Position numbers and translations under genes: made by a program. From Lytechinus pictus (Eukaryota), in the NCBI RefSeq assembly GCF_037042905.1, contig NC_087252.1:2606001-2670000 (forward strand): 64,000 nucleotides of DNA, written 5' to 3'. Of this stretch, positions 1-12,700 are shown one piece after another (the first letter of the stretch is position 1; every line of letters begins with the position of its first letter). Under the pieces are notes generated by a model. That model saw nothing but the letters and a program-made list of their open reading frames with translations. It was not told where the DNA came from and searched no databases.

Positions 1-281
1 ACTTGGCTAACGCCTCATTGAATAAAGCATCTTTCTTTCACCTCATGCAAAATCTCGCACCATGGCAGTCATGCCTATTTGCTATTTGTATAATGTCGAG
101 AATAATGGATGATGCAAATTTCACTCTTTTTTTAAAATCTCATTTGACTATGTAATCATTCAGTAACTTAATGTCTGTTAAAGGTCACTACTAATTAGAA
201 ATGTGTTTTTACCAGAGATTAAATGATCATTTCCTTGTATGAATCAGTTACATTGAATTGTATTTTCTTCTTATTTTACAG

Positions 282-328
282 ACCAGAATAGCTCTTCTTA
301 CTGTGGGAATCGTAGTCAATCTAGCATT
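282..328 (+). CDS. SIDT: SIDT-like exon ([15 protein letters not shown])
   Basis: ttttacag| ... |gtaagt; ends in phase 2. Confidence 0.85.
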
Positions 329-437
329 GTAAGTTGATTTGTAGTTTACTTTTTAGTGATTGATGATGATGACGATGATGTTGATGATGTTGATGATGAT
401 GGTGATGATGATGAGGATTATGATTATGGTGATGATG

Positions 438-470
<33 letters not shown>

Positions 471-474
471 ATGG

Positions 475-526
<52 letters not shown>

Positions 527-552
527 AATGATGATGATGATGTTGATGATGT

Positions 553-599
<47 letters not shown>

Positions 600-668
600 T
601 TGATGATGATGATGTTGATGATAATGATGATGATGATGATGATGATTATGGTGATGATGATGATGATA

Positions 669-701
<33 letters not shown>

Positions 702-3700
702 TTGATGATGATGATGTTGATGATGATGATGATTATGGTGATGATGATGATGATGAAGTTGATGATGATAATGGTTTTGCTGTTATTGAATTCATGGGTA
801 AAAGTATATCTAAGAATCAATTCCTGCATGTGTATTTGAATTTCATTAGAAAATATAGGATGAGCTCTTTATATATAACATTAATGTGTAGGTATCCTTG
901 GATATGTTACCTGAATATGTTCCTTTTTCATTTCTTTCAGGAGTATTTTAGGACTTGTGACCCAACCGATGGACTTTGCCTCCTATCTTCTTGCCATCAT
1001 GATTGTTAACATGCTGTTATATCTTTCATTCTACTTTATTATGAAAGTGAGTAGCGGAAGATTTGCACTTTTATCTTTAATCCTTCAATCTTTATTTTTC
1101 CAAAGCCACCAAATGAGCTTTATTTAAATATAGACTGATATGATTTGCATGTATGTGTTGTCTTTGTAGGGTAATCTCTAATGGAGGGAGGGGGACCTTC
1201 AAGTGAATTTAATCTAATATAATATGTGCTCTGACTAAAACAATTAACGCACATGGCTCATACATTGTAGCATAAAAATTTGATTTGATGATGCAAATCC
1301 ATTATTCTTCGAGACCATATATCAGTTAATAGGCTTTTACTACAATTACTCTATTAATTGATGTGAATAAAGTGAATTGTTAATTAGTTAATCCAAGGTC
1401 TATTGCTTTTCGACTTTTTTTCCCACAGCTTATTTGTCGAGAGAAGATCCTCCTGGTTGTTAGTATTCTAATAACACTGACGCTCTTTCTTTGGGGAGCA
1501 GCTCTTTATTTCTTCCAGATCAAGAACACAGGCTGGCAGGTAATGTGTTCCTTCATATATCGACAAAGATTAAATTAAAGATTTTAACCTATGGAACAAG
1601 TGGGCTTGTGTGTAAACAGAAAAATCAAAGAAGGAGAACAAAGAAAGTTTGAGAAAAATCGGACAAATAATGAGAAAGTTATGCGCATTTGAATATTGCG
1701 ATCACTAATCCTATGGAGATCCTCCCAGTGGCAATGCAACAAAGATGTGTGATGTCACATGTGAACAACTTACCCTTTGATGGACTATAAAATACCCCCA
1801 AAATTTCTCTTTTTGCTCTTTCTTATGGTGATACAAACTCTTTATCCATAATGTATTCTTTGAAAATCTGTAATGTATATAGTAATAGGAGAGTTGTTCA
1901 CAAGTGACATCACACATCTTTGTCGCATTGCCAAAGGGAGGATCTCCAGAGCATTAGTGATCGCAATATTCAAATGCTCATAACTTTCTCATTATTTGTC
2001 TGATTTTCTCAAACTTTCATTGATCTGTTTCTTTCATTTTTCTGTTTTCACACAAGCTTTCTTGTTCTAAAGGTTTAATTTTCCTTTAAGCTCATCCAAA
2101 TAGGGTGGGGCAGAGGGAGGGCAGATGACTTATTTTCTTAGAATGATTTACATAGGGGGTATACAGCAATATGTACAGTATGTTGTATGTTCAATGGGTG
2201 ATTCTGAAGATATAGAGGAGGCTTGTGTCCCATGCGCCTTTCCGCCTGGATCCATCCCGGAGATATACTTTTCTCCATAATTGACATCCTGAAGTCTATA
2301 TTGACTTGATGTTAATTCTATTCTTTTTATTGGATTTTAAAATAGTGATTTGGCTCCTAATCAAGTGATTTATAATAATACATGAGATTTGTATAGCGCA
2401 CTTTCCATCTTGATTAGATGCTCAAGGCCCTTCAGAGCAAAACAACAAAAACTATTTACATATAATACATGTCTGAACAATAAATCAATGTCTATGAAAA
2501 AGCACTCTTATACAGGTATGTTTCAGGTTGACCGTGAAGGTGGTCACTGAAGTCTGGGTTTTCAAACTCTGGGAGAGAATTCCACAGGCTAGGCCCTGCA
2601 TGAGCAAATGCCCGTTCCCCGCATGATTTCTTAGCAACTGGAATTTGTAACAAGTCATTTATTTTAGCTAACAATAAAAGGTACATGTACTAATGACTAA
2701 CTCGTACTGATGACTAGTTCTAGTGACCAGTCATGGTATTGAGATGAGGATCGTTTATCAATAAGAAGGATCCACATCACTACATTATAAACCATGTACA
2801 TGTAATACACATCATTTTTCCAAGGCGTTAGAATAATTACACACACTTGTTGCCTTTATTACCTCAAATCATGGTTTGGTTTTTATCCTTGAAATCCCAG
2901 TATTCAGCAGCTCAATCCAGGGAACTTAACGCTGACTGTACCATTATGGGTTTCTTTGATGGACACGACACATGGCACTTCATCTCAGCGTTAGGTCTCT
3001 TTGTTTCCTTCGTGGTGAGTATATGCTCCTTGCTTTAATCTGTTAACCCGATGGAGACTGATACCGCATATTTGCGGGCTAGAGCCTATGGACACTTGTG
3101 TTAGAGCAAAATCATTCAATCTTCAACGGGTTAATATGATGTTTTAGACCCAGTAAAAGGCACCATTTTGTAGCCATCCTCTATCTGTTCCATGCACTAG
3201 TCCCTATGAAGAAATCAAGTGAACCAACTTATGGTTCATCTCAGCATCAGGTCTCTGTTTTGTTTGATGAGTATACAGTCATCCTACTGTTTGCTTTATT
3301 CTTTTAAAATGTTGTTTTAAACCCAGTAAACTTTGCCATTTCGTAGCAATCTTCTGTAGCTGTTCCATCCACTATTCCCTATGGAGAAATTTAAGTGAAT
3401 GAATTATACATTTTCTGTCTGATTTTGGCCAAAATGGTTCCAAGACTTCAAAAAATAAAATCGGCAAGCGACAAAGTAACCAAAGTTTTGCATGGCAACA
3501 TAGTTGCAATTTTTACAGGGGTAGGGGTGGATGTTCAAATAGCCCCCACCCCAAGTTAAGTAAGGGTTAAAGAATACATGTACATAACTACTCTGATGAT
3601 GAAGATAATCTCCCTAACTCAAGTTCTGTTATTCACTTCATCCTCAACTCTTTGATTGCTTTGTTCAATTAGAGTCACATACAGGGGGCTTCCAACTTCA

Positions 3701-4050
3701 ACTCAAGTCACAGCCCATTCACAATACACACAGAGTGTATTAAGTCTATTGTTCATACACACACATACACAATAGTGATGGTGCATTGCATTGTACTGTG
3801 TACACACAAAGCTTTCTTTACAATCAACCAATCAAAGGCTATTGTGAGCTGAAATAGCAAAGTCCATGCAAATCCCCTCCTAAGGTTGAACCTTGAAATT
3901 ATTGTGGCACAGGAGTGATTCTGTGTGTGACGGGCAAAAAATTAAAAACAAAAATATTTTGTTTACATATTTGACTTTTATTTATAGGGTGTTCTTCTTC
4001 TTGATGATGATCTGGACCAGACGCCAAGAAACAAGATCCGGGTTTTCTAA
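282..4050 (+). CDS. SIDT: SID-1 transmembrane family protein (SIDT1/SIDT2-like), last 5 coding exons; gene begins upstream of the window
   Basis: Exons 282-328, 941-1046, 1429-1539, 2901-3014 and 3988-4050 have AG/GT boundaries and matching phases. They translate to ...[58 protein letters not shown]...[53 protein letters not shown]. This matches the SIDT C-terminus (DFASYLL, SRExNxxC, HDxWH Zn-binding motif, LDDDL...IxVF). Confidence 0.93.
358..773 (+). repeat. (GAT)n microsatellite in a SIDT intron
   Basis: About 415 bp of imperfect GAT repeats. Confidence 0.97.
941..1046 (+). CDS. SIDT: SIDT-like exon ([17 protein letters not shown]...FIMK)
   Basis: tttcag| ... |gtgagt. Confidence 0.92.
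1429..1539 (+). CDS. SIDT: SIDT-like exon (LICREKI...NTGWQ)
   Basis: cccacag| ... |gtaatg. Confidence 0.9.
1579..2085. mobile_element. MITE with ~200-bp inverted arms and TTAA TSD (Kolobok-like)
   Basis: TTAA|AG...CT|TTAA; long inverted repeat in a SIDT intron. Confidence 0.82.
2372..2660 (-). mobile_element. L2-type LINE 3' fragment (same family as 34299-34699)
   Basis: [17 protein letters not shown] and a near-identical 3' UTR/tail. Confidence 0.82.
2901..3014 (+). CDS. SIDT: SIDT-like exon ([10 protein letters not shown]...HDTWHF...SFV)
   Basis: cccag| ... |gtgagt; contains the HDxWH motif. Confidence 0.93.
3683..3878. repeat. Interspersed repeat/MITE; second copy near 34025-34197
   Basis: Shared ACTCAAGT...CACAATACACACAG...CCAATCAA...GTCCATG...ATCCCCT. 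Confidence 0.6.
3988..4050 (+). CDS. SIDT: SIDT-like terminal coding exon ([20 protein letters not shown])
   Basis: tttatag| acceptor; TAA at 4048-4050. Confidence 0.92.
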   Translation, partial: GVLLLDDDLDQTPRNKIRVF

Positions 4051-4149
4051 CTCCAGCTACTAAAACCATTAACCAAAGATGGGGAGTAGTTATGCAAACC
4101 TTTTAAGTACATGTATTGGAATACTATGAATGGCCTGATAGGTTTATAA

Positions 4150-4561
4150 AGGCCACCGCACACCTTGTTACTGGTCTTCATTCCGATTTTGAAACACATC
4201 GCATTTAGCTAATTTTCTGAAAATGTGAATAAAAAGCATCTTTTTATTCGATGTTCAGGTTTGATAACTGAGAGAACACTCATATAACAATTTTGGATGA
4301 TTGCAAGTCTTTTTTTTTGGTAATGACCTAATTACTTTCAACCGTAGCCAATCGTATGATTGCTATGACGTCATTACGACTAGATATTCGCTTTTATTCT
4401 TATAGGGATAATAGCATAGTCACAAATTTTGATATAGGTATGTGTACAATGATTTAGAACATTACACAGTAAGATATTCCATTCTCAATATTGGCATCAT
4501 ATTTTACTACAATTTATTCTGAAATCGGGTCGCAGACTAATCGTAAGGTGTGTGGTGGCCT
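4150..4561. mobile_element. MITE in the putative SIDT 3' UTR
   Basis: TIR AGGCCACCGCACACCTT / AAGGTGTGTGGTGGCCT. Confidence 0.72.
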
Positions 4562-5855
4562 TTAGACACTTAGAAACAATATTGGTGTCTCCTTCCTCCA
4601 TCTACCAGATTTACACCCCAAAGTGGAGAGAAGTGATGCAGGCGAAAATTGATGATACACTTTCCAGGGCTACTGTTTTACCTCACCAGACTGAATAGTG
4701 CTACACTCTATTGGCTCACATTGGACCATTTTGGAATTTCAGGGGCCCTCTTTTAGTTTTCCGGGGGTCGGGGGGGGGGGGCAACTTGGGGTTGAAAGAG
4801 CCCAGAGGCCCCCCCCCCCCCCCTCCTTTTTTTTCATGTGGTGTAGACATATTAGTGTGTGTATTGAAACTCTAAATGAGGTCTGATACAAGAAACATCA
4901 GGTTTTCAAATCACCTTTGTGAATTAAGACTGATGTCATTCCAGTACCCCCAAACTTGTTATGTAACCTTTATGTTCCTCAATTCCATTTGCTATGAAGT
5001 GTAAGAATTCCTGCAATTTTCAAGTTTAATGCCAATTTGAATGTTCAAAGTCCCATTCTCTGGCCTGTTATGTACATTGCACGCTATTATTTACGTCTTG
5101 CCATAACATTTTCAGCTGTGACTAGACAATTTTTTCAAAGATATATTGTAAGTAATGTTTGTTTTGTTTGCTGTTCAGAATATGAACTTTGACTTGTATG
5201 ATCTCTTGCTGAAAATGTGTTTTGATAATCATGAGACAATTGGTATACTGTATATGCATAGTATTAATAGAAAAAAAATGTTTCTAAGAGATATGGTGTT
5301 ACAGATAGAACTTTATCTGTGCAAGTAAATGTTTTCTTTTGCCCTGAAATGTGTCTTCATAATTTTAATGTGATGATTAAAGTATTTAGTGGAAAAATTT
5401 TGTTTCTAAGATACAATGTATATTGTGTTGGAAGTAAAATTGTATCTGGAAGTAAATGTTACATCATGTTAAAATATATGAGTGGATTGAGATGAAAATA
5501 TGTTTTGATGATCTTTGATAATGAGGAAATTGGCATACATGTTTAGCTATTTAAAAAAATGTGTTCATTTTATATATATCAATGGTGATTCATGTTTTAT
5601 TCAAAAACCTGTACTCAACTCTTATGAACTAGCTTCATACTTGGAAATATGTTTTGGTAATCTTTGATAATCTTGGATAATACATGGATTTTTTTTGCTG
5701 CTAGAGTGATACACTGTTTATTCTTACAAAAATTGTTATACCAATGGCATATAAATTTTATTGTGGATAGTACATGTGCTCACATACATTATCTATTTTT
5801 AAATTGTGAATACTTTCTTAGTGTAAAAATGATAATTGTTAAGTATTCTCTTTAA

Positions 5856-6249
5856 AGAGAAATTCCAGTATTTGCAGTAAACACTGATTTCATGAGAAAG
5901 TCTCTAAAACAAGGCTTAATTGTCAGTATATCATCGAGGATCTAGATCTGGTACAGTTACATAAACTGAACTTTGTGAAATCTTGAAATCTACGCTGAAA
6001 AATGTTCACACTGAAGATCACCAACACAGATAGGCACACGTGGGACAGTGTATTATTATTGCTAAAATAAAGACCCGACGGAAGTGACCGAATCCGCGCT
6101 TATTTTGCTTATTTCTCAGCAATTACACAATTTCTTCCAGAATCCTTTGGCACATATTTTTTATTCATACAAACAGACACTTGGGTGGTCTTTATATTAG
6201 ATTCTGTAAAAAGTCATTTTTAGATCGTTACCAAAACTGGAATTTATCT
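5856..6249. mobile_element. TTAA-flanked MITE (Kolobok-like); diverged copy near 50800-51151
   Basis: TTAA|AGAGAAATTCCAGT...ACTGGAATTTATCT|TTAA. Confidence 0.78.
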
Positions 6250-6818
6250 TTAAATATGTAGTAAGTTTGACCCTTCAGAGATCTTATTTACATGTAAATG
6301 TTAATTTATTATTTTTTAAACATTCTTTTGATGTTAAAACTAGGTAACAAACGATCATTGCTTTGTCTTTTTAATGTTAAATGATGTTCAAAAGTCAATA
6401 TGAAATGTCAAACTATAAAGTATCTTTCTTGATTTGATATACATTTATGCATGGCATGCATTTGATATCACGTAATTCTTCCACAAGTTCAGTACTTTAT
6501 CATTTTATATGTATATGAGATTGTTATGTATAATAATTAATTATTCATGTATGTATGTGTACCACTGGTTGTAAGCTACTGTACACGTACATGTATATTC
6601 AAAAGAGCAGTGTTATACTGTATGGTCTTAGTGGTTTTCTGGTGTCTGGTCATATTTGGCCAAGAGAGGGAGCTATTTAATATCCAATTCAGTACCATAC
6701 GATATGTTTTGAGTCTAGTCAACTCCTAGTAGTAACTGTTACAGTTGTGAAAAAAAGGTAGAATTTTGTGTGGTTTCATAGAAAAACAATGAGAATAGAA
6801 GGCCTGTATCACAGTAAT

Positions 6819-6965
6819 ACCTCAGTCTCATTTTCGCTGTACGACGAGTGGAAAATAGCCGTTTTATCTAATTATATTATAACCACCACTATGTAGCTGC
6901 TACAAAAATGTTAAAACGGCTGTTTTTTACTTTTAGGGCAGTCGTAGGGGAAATGTGACTGAGGT
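6819..6965. mobile_element. Short palindromic MITE; second copy at 48056-48219
   Basis: ACCTCRGTC...GACYGAGGT ends with AGCCGTTT/AAACGGCT inner arms. Confidence 0.7.
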
Positions 6966-9582
6966 TTTAAAAACCATAGTTGAGCCCCCCCCCCTAAAAA
7001 AAAAGGGAAAACACAACATACTGTTAACTGAACTTGAACTTACCCAGCATAAAAGACATGAAAGTTTTCAGCTCTAATAGTTTCAGTTGAATGCCCGTTT
7101 TTCTTTGGCCAAGCAAAACTAAAACCAATCTTTCAAAGTGTTGCCATTGATCCAATCATTCACAACTATGGAAATCATTCAGTGTCAAAATGTTGTGTGA
7201 TTGGTGTCTACACAGTCCCTTTGTAAACAAGTTAAAGCACACAAACACTTCAGTATGCTGTGTTTATAAGCAATATGTTTATATTGCTTATAACACAGCA
7301 CACATAATTTTTTGTGTGCTTGAACTCTTTGAAATGACATTGTACATAACTGTTTGCATTGATTGGATCAACCACAAATCTTTTTTTAAGAAAGGGTCCT
7401 GGGTCCTGTAAAGGGGCTTTCACAATCGCTCTTGCGATCATTTGGTCACAATATATGTTGCACACAATTGCAACGATTGTAAGCAGTCGCACCACCAATC
7501 GTGAAAGAGGCTTTATGACATAAAGCTTACCATCAGTCTTGGAGATATGTTTTTGTGATTGATTGCAAATAGTATTGTATATGATCAATCATAAAAAATG
7601 ACGAATTGTTGATGCCGCTTGCTTCATCAAACAGTACCCAAGAGATTAAAGCTGCAGTCACACAAATGAAGCCGACTCAGGACTGATCAAAGCTACGATG
7701 TCATCTTGAACGGCATACCATCGGTCGGTTCGGAGTCTGTTGGTCGTTGGTGTGACTGTTGCTTTGGAGAAGGATAAGAAAATAAGGACATAACACACAC
7801 TTTGTTCTGGAATGAAAGAACGATTTATTTAGCATAGAATCTCATTTTCCTGTATGGACGGAGTCTGTACAATTTGGTAGATAAATATCAACAATCTATA
7901 AATTTCAAGGTTTCTGAAAATGGAGAAGATTTTAAGGCAGTATAGGCATAGAGAGTGAGAGAACAATGGATACATTCTATGAATTTTCTTTCTTGCATAA
8001 GAATACTTGAAGTACAATAGCATATTGGTGTAAGTAAATAGTGATATTTTTCTGCAATATTGTATGTACATTCTCTTTGTATATCTTTATACACTTATGT
8101 CACTATGATAATAAATTACATTATATAAATTGTCAATATAAAATTGTTGTATTTCTTGCAATATTATTTGTGTAAAGAATACATGGTGCAGGGAAAAAAT
8201 GGAAATTATTGACCCTGGTTTGACCATATTAGAAGAGTGGCATCAACCAAAAATATTTGTGTTTATCAATTTCTTTCAAAATACCTTACAAGTGATTCCA
8301 AATTGATTTTGATAAATTGTAGGAATTATTCCAAGGCACCATATTACCTTGTGACCAAACTCATTTATAGGTAATGATATGTCTCTATAGTGCTATTAAA
8401 AAGAGACCATGTCCCAATGCCCTATATCAAAGTGGAATAGCATCATCATCTAGCGAATAAATACATTATGCCCCTCTGGCTCTAGTCCGCTCTGCTGTTA
8501 TGGTTGAGTGCCACCAAAGATACTCTTTAATACATTATTTTCTAAAACATTAATATTGTATAGAAAATTGGAAACAAGCCAAACTAAGAAGCAATAATAT
8601 GTAAGAAAGTAGATGAAAAGCTAGAGGTTGGTTTTCACAATGTCCAGGGTTTTGCTGCAAAAAGCTTAATTGCAACAATCATTGAACATTTATTTTACGA
8701 TTGATTGCATTGACCACAATGTGCAATAAATCTTGAAAAAAACAAACGCAAGACCATTATTACTAGTCTTTGTGTTACGAAACAGGTGATAATTTATATC
8801 ATCTTGTAATATGTAGTAATATCCTCGAGAACAAACGGTGGACAATGTTATCAGTTCATGAATACTACCCAATCTTTCTGACATTCTAACATGGGAAACT
8901 TGGGAATGTACATGTAACTCTTGGTACTGCTACGGTCACTAATAACTTTACGAACACCGTACAAACTTTTTTTATACATACATGTTGCAATAAATGGTAT
9001 GAAATCATATGTATAGTGTTTGTAAAGGTATTTGTGACTGTAGCTTCGGGAGCCATTAATCACCATTCAGGTTGTCGGATCGGACGACTTTCCCTGGTTT
9101 TGATAAAAACGGAAGAGCATTTCATCAATATTTTTTGTCCATTACTATAGTAACTGGCAGATAAAACGGGACTTGTTTGATAAAACGTCCGACAAGTCCT
9201 TTCATCAAACGTTTCTCTGGGGAGCGTTTCATCAATGTTTTTGTGTGACAAGATGTCCGATCCGACAACTTTCCAGAATTTTGATTGGCTGACAAGTACT
9301 GTTACTATGGTAACTATCGGATAAAAACGGACTTGTCAGATATGACCATGACAGTCTTTTAATGAAACGTTCCCCTGTTGTCTGACTGATAATGGTAACT
9401 GTTGGATGAAACAAACATTGTCAGATAAAACATCTGACGGGTCCTTTTCATGAGAAAGTGACTACTTTGAGTAAATACAGTGTAGTAGTGATTCAAAGCA
9501 CAAAGATGATATCACCTAGTTGTTGACCGTTGACATTACGCCATGGGGTGTGTGCAGGGCCGGGTAGGGGGTACGGTATCTC

Positions 9583-9717
9583 CTAGTTGTTGACCGTTGA
9601 CCTTACGCCATGGGGTGTCTGTGGAGCTGGAGGCTGGGTAGGGGGTAGGATGTGACCCCCTTTCCTCGAAAGCAGACCAATCTCTTCCTTCAACGCCTCA
9701 ATCTCTTGGGCTTGGAG
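9583..9717 (-). CDS. CFAP44: CFAP44 terminal coding exon 34
   Basis: tttgcag|[26 protein letters not shown]...NN*. Confidence 0.92.
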   Translation of the reverse strand, partial: LQAQEIEALKEEIGLLSRKGGHILPPTQPPAPQTPHGVRSTVNN

Positions 9718-12700
9718 CTGCAAAGGACAGACAAGTATAACTATATCACAATTAAAGAATATAAATTGATTACATAACAGGTTATTTTTATATTGGGCAG
9801 TCACTTACCAACCAACACTGCAATTTAACCCTAACTCTCCCGGGGTATTTTGATTCTTGTCCTTCCCGGGGGGGGGCCATTATGGCCCCCCCTTAAGATC
9901 TCGGCCGCCGATCGCGCGAGCGACGCAAAAATTTGCACGCTGGTAGTGTGCGATGTAATCTACAAGGCTGTATGGTAAAATTTTCCAAAATAATGAGATT
10001 TTATTTTATATGAATTAATTATGCTAATTTATGCATAAATCATACTTTTTGCTCTAATTCACTAAATAAAGCTCCTAGAGTGCTAATTTTTGGTAAAAAT
10101 ATTCTTTGTAGCATTCTTAACAATCGCATTAAAAAAAAACTTCAGTTTGGAAATCAATTTCTTATGTATTTTATTGTTTTATGAATTTCTTATGTATTTC
10201 TTTGTTTTTTTACTTTTTGTTTTTTATTGTTTTTTCAATGTAAATTGTTCCAGACTTAATTCTGATCATAAACAAGGCAAAATTAATTAAGTTTAATCAG
10301 TAAAAGTAGAAATAATGATACATTTATGAATTTTGGCTAAATACACAATTTGCATTGGATTTGTACATGAAATCACGTTTATGAGCAACTTTGGGTCTGA
10401 CATGCACTTACATAATGTTGCGTAATGTCGTCACCGTGTACCCGGGCGTCACAAATTTGGGCTCAAAATTTGCGCGAGACTTGAAAGTAAAAAGTCGGTG
10501 AGCGGCGAGGTCAAAAAATTTTGCGCAGCAGATATATCGCGAAAATTGTCGAGGGGGGGGGCCATAATGGCCCCCCCCGGGAGAATTAGGGTTAAACAAA
10601 AATGTGCAATAGAAACGCCATTAATTCGGTCGTTACGAATAATACTATAAAATTATATGAAGTATTTATAAAGAGATAAACCGTGTTTGTGTGTCGATGT
10701 TGAATACTCCCATTTAGGCGATGATGGTAATAATTTTGCAACATGTTTTTTGTTGATCTGTTCCAGGAAATCTCCAAAAAGTTTCCCCAACACTTTGATT
10801 ATCCCCAGAGAAATGTTGGCATTTCAGATTAAAGGCAAATGGCTTGTCCGCATGTCCTATTCAACGGCACACTGATATTGGGAAGAGGAGGGGGGGTCTA
10901 AAACTTAACTAACTTTCATGACATTGATAACCATGTGATTGAACTTGCTTGGTGGTCTTGGGTATTACCGTATCATCTCTTTCTAAAAATACCCCAAACT
11001 CCAAGTAGCATCAACTACCATCAACAAAAACAACAAAATATCTCTCTTCCTCTCTTGAAATGTCACATTCCATGATCCTTTCTGCAAATTCATGTAGCGA
11101 TGATGTGATGATAAGAACATTTGGCGGTCGGACTTGATATGACTGATTTGGGAATACTGCACATATTTCTGGCCTATCGGATTCTATTTTTGGAGCCGCT
11201 GAAAGACGGCACCTCCAGAAAACTTGGCTCCACTTTTAAAGGCTGGTGTTTCCAGGGATTTATTTTCAAATAAATATGTGAATGAATCATGAATGATATT
11301 CCTTCTTTCAATATATATTGCTCATATCTTATTTAAGGTGAGGTTTTCATTACCGATGATTCAACATTTGCTCTGGCAGTGAAAGCAACTCCTGCTTTAC
11401 CTTCTCTAAAGACAAAGGGTTATGGTTGGGGTTTATCTGTGAATAGGTTTTCAATTCAGAATAATGTAGGAATACAGATAACAGTTGCCATAGGATTAAA
11501 GTTTGTTAAATCATCTAATTTTGGCTATGTCTGCAAATTTTGTCTGGAGCAATCTCCACCAGAGCATAATGTCTCGGAGTCATGCTTCTGGCAAAACTAA
11601 ACATTTTTTTTTCAATACCCAATCTCAATAGAATTTTGATCTAAGTTATCGTAAATTTTTTCTAGCAGAGTACAGTTTAGGGCAAATGGGGAAATTGAGT
11701 GTGCAATCATCGCATCACTCGATCAAGCACCAAGGGGCACACCACAGATCTTCATCGTCGCATCGTTTCCTTTATCTCTTGATGATCCAACCAGGATAAT
11801 GGGTGGATTTGAAGAGATTTCAGCCTGCTTAGTCCCATCTGTTTACTGAAATGTGAGCTTTGGGACTAAGCCAGTGCTAAATTTAGTGTTTCCCGAAGTA
11901 GTAGGGCATGGCACAGGGTTATTGCTTTCGTGTATGTGTGCCAGGAAAGATGTTTTATTATTGGGGAAGTATTAAATCTTGCTTGTCATGTCTGATTGGG
12001 GAGTGTATTGTACATGTAGCTTCGTAAAAATGAAGAAAGATTTCACACACAGGAAGTTTGGATTGAAGTACATCTTGAAAGTATGAAGATTTCTTTTTTC
12101 TCTCTATCACTTTTGTTGAATTGTTGTTTGAATGAAGAAAGATAACATACCTGTACAAGTTGTATCAAACGTTTCCTCTCTACCACATCAGCTTTCCGGC
12201 TGCCCTGGAATTCATTGCCCTATGGGAATAAAATAATGTGATAGAATGTCAAAGAATCACTCATAAACTTCAAACTTAAGCTATATATCACAATGGTACA
12301 GGCAGATGACTGAAGCCTGCATTGTGTCAACATGCCTCTTCCTTATTTCATAGAGGAAGGACATGTTACAGTACAAAACACTATGTCCCACCGATAACAG
12401 CGTGTGACATTTGCGCCAGTCCAACGGTCCAAGATGATTGGTAAAAATTGCTGTCGGCCAGTGACTTTTTAGAAATTGACCATTTTCTAAAAAAAAATTT
12501 ATATTAATTGACCAAATCTTATGTTATTAAGGGAGCTGTCTTGACAAGACCTTCATGTATTTTTTTACAGCTATACATGTACCTAATTTCAATACTCTAT
12601 CTATACCAATATGTATGTACATACTATTGATTTGTAAAATGTTTTTAATATTGGAATTGAATAAAGTTGAACTGAACTGAAATAGCCAAAATTTACTGGT

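Noticed and set aside
353..1009. Poly-Asp, poly-Met and poly-Ile ORFs
   Set aside because: They are translations of an intronic (GAT)n microsatellite between two SIDT exons.
11750..11840. Possible alternative terminal CFAP44 exon (MGLSRLKS...RR*)
   Set aside because: Weak acceptor and no similarity to CFAP44; no supporting evidence.
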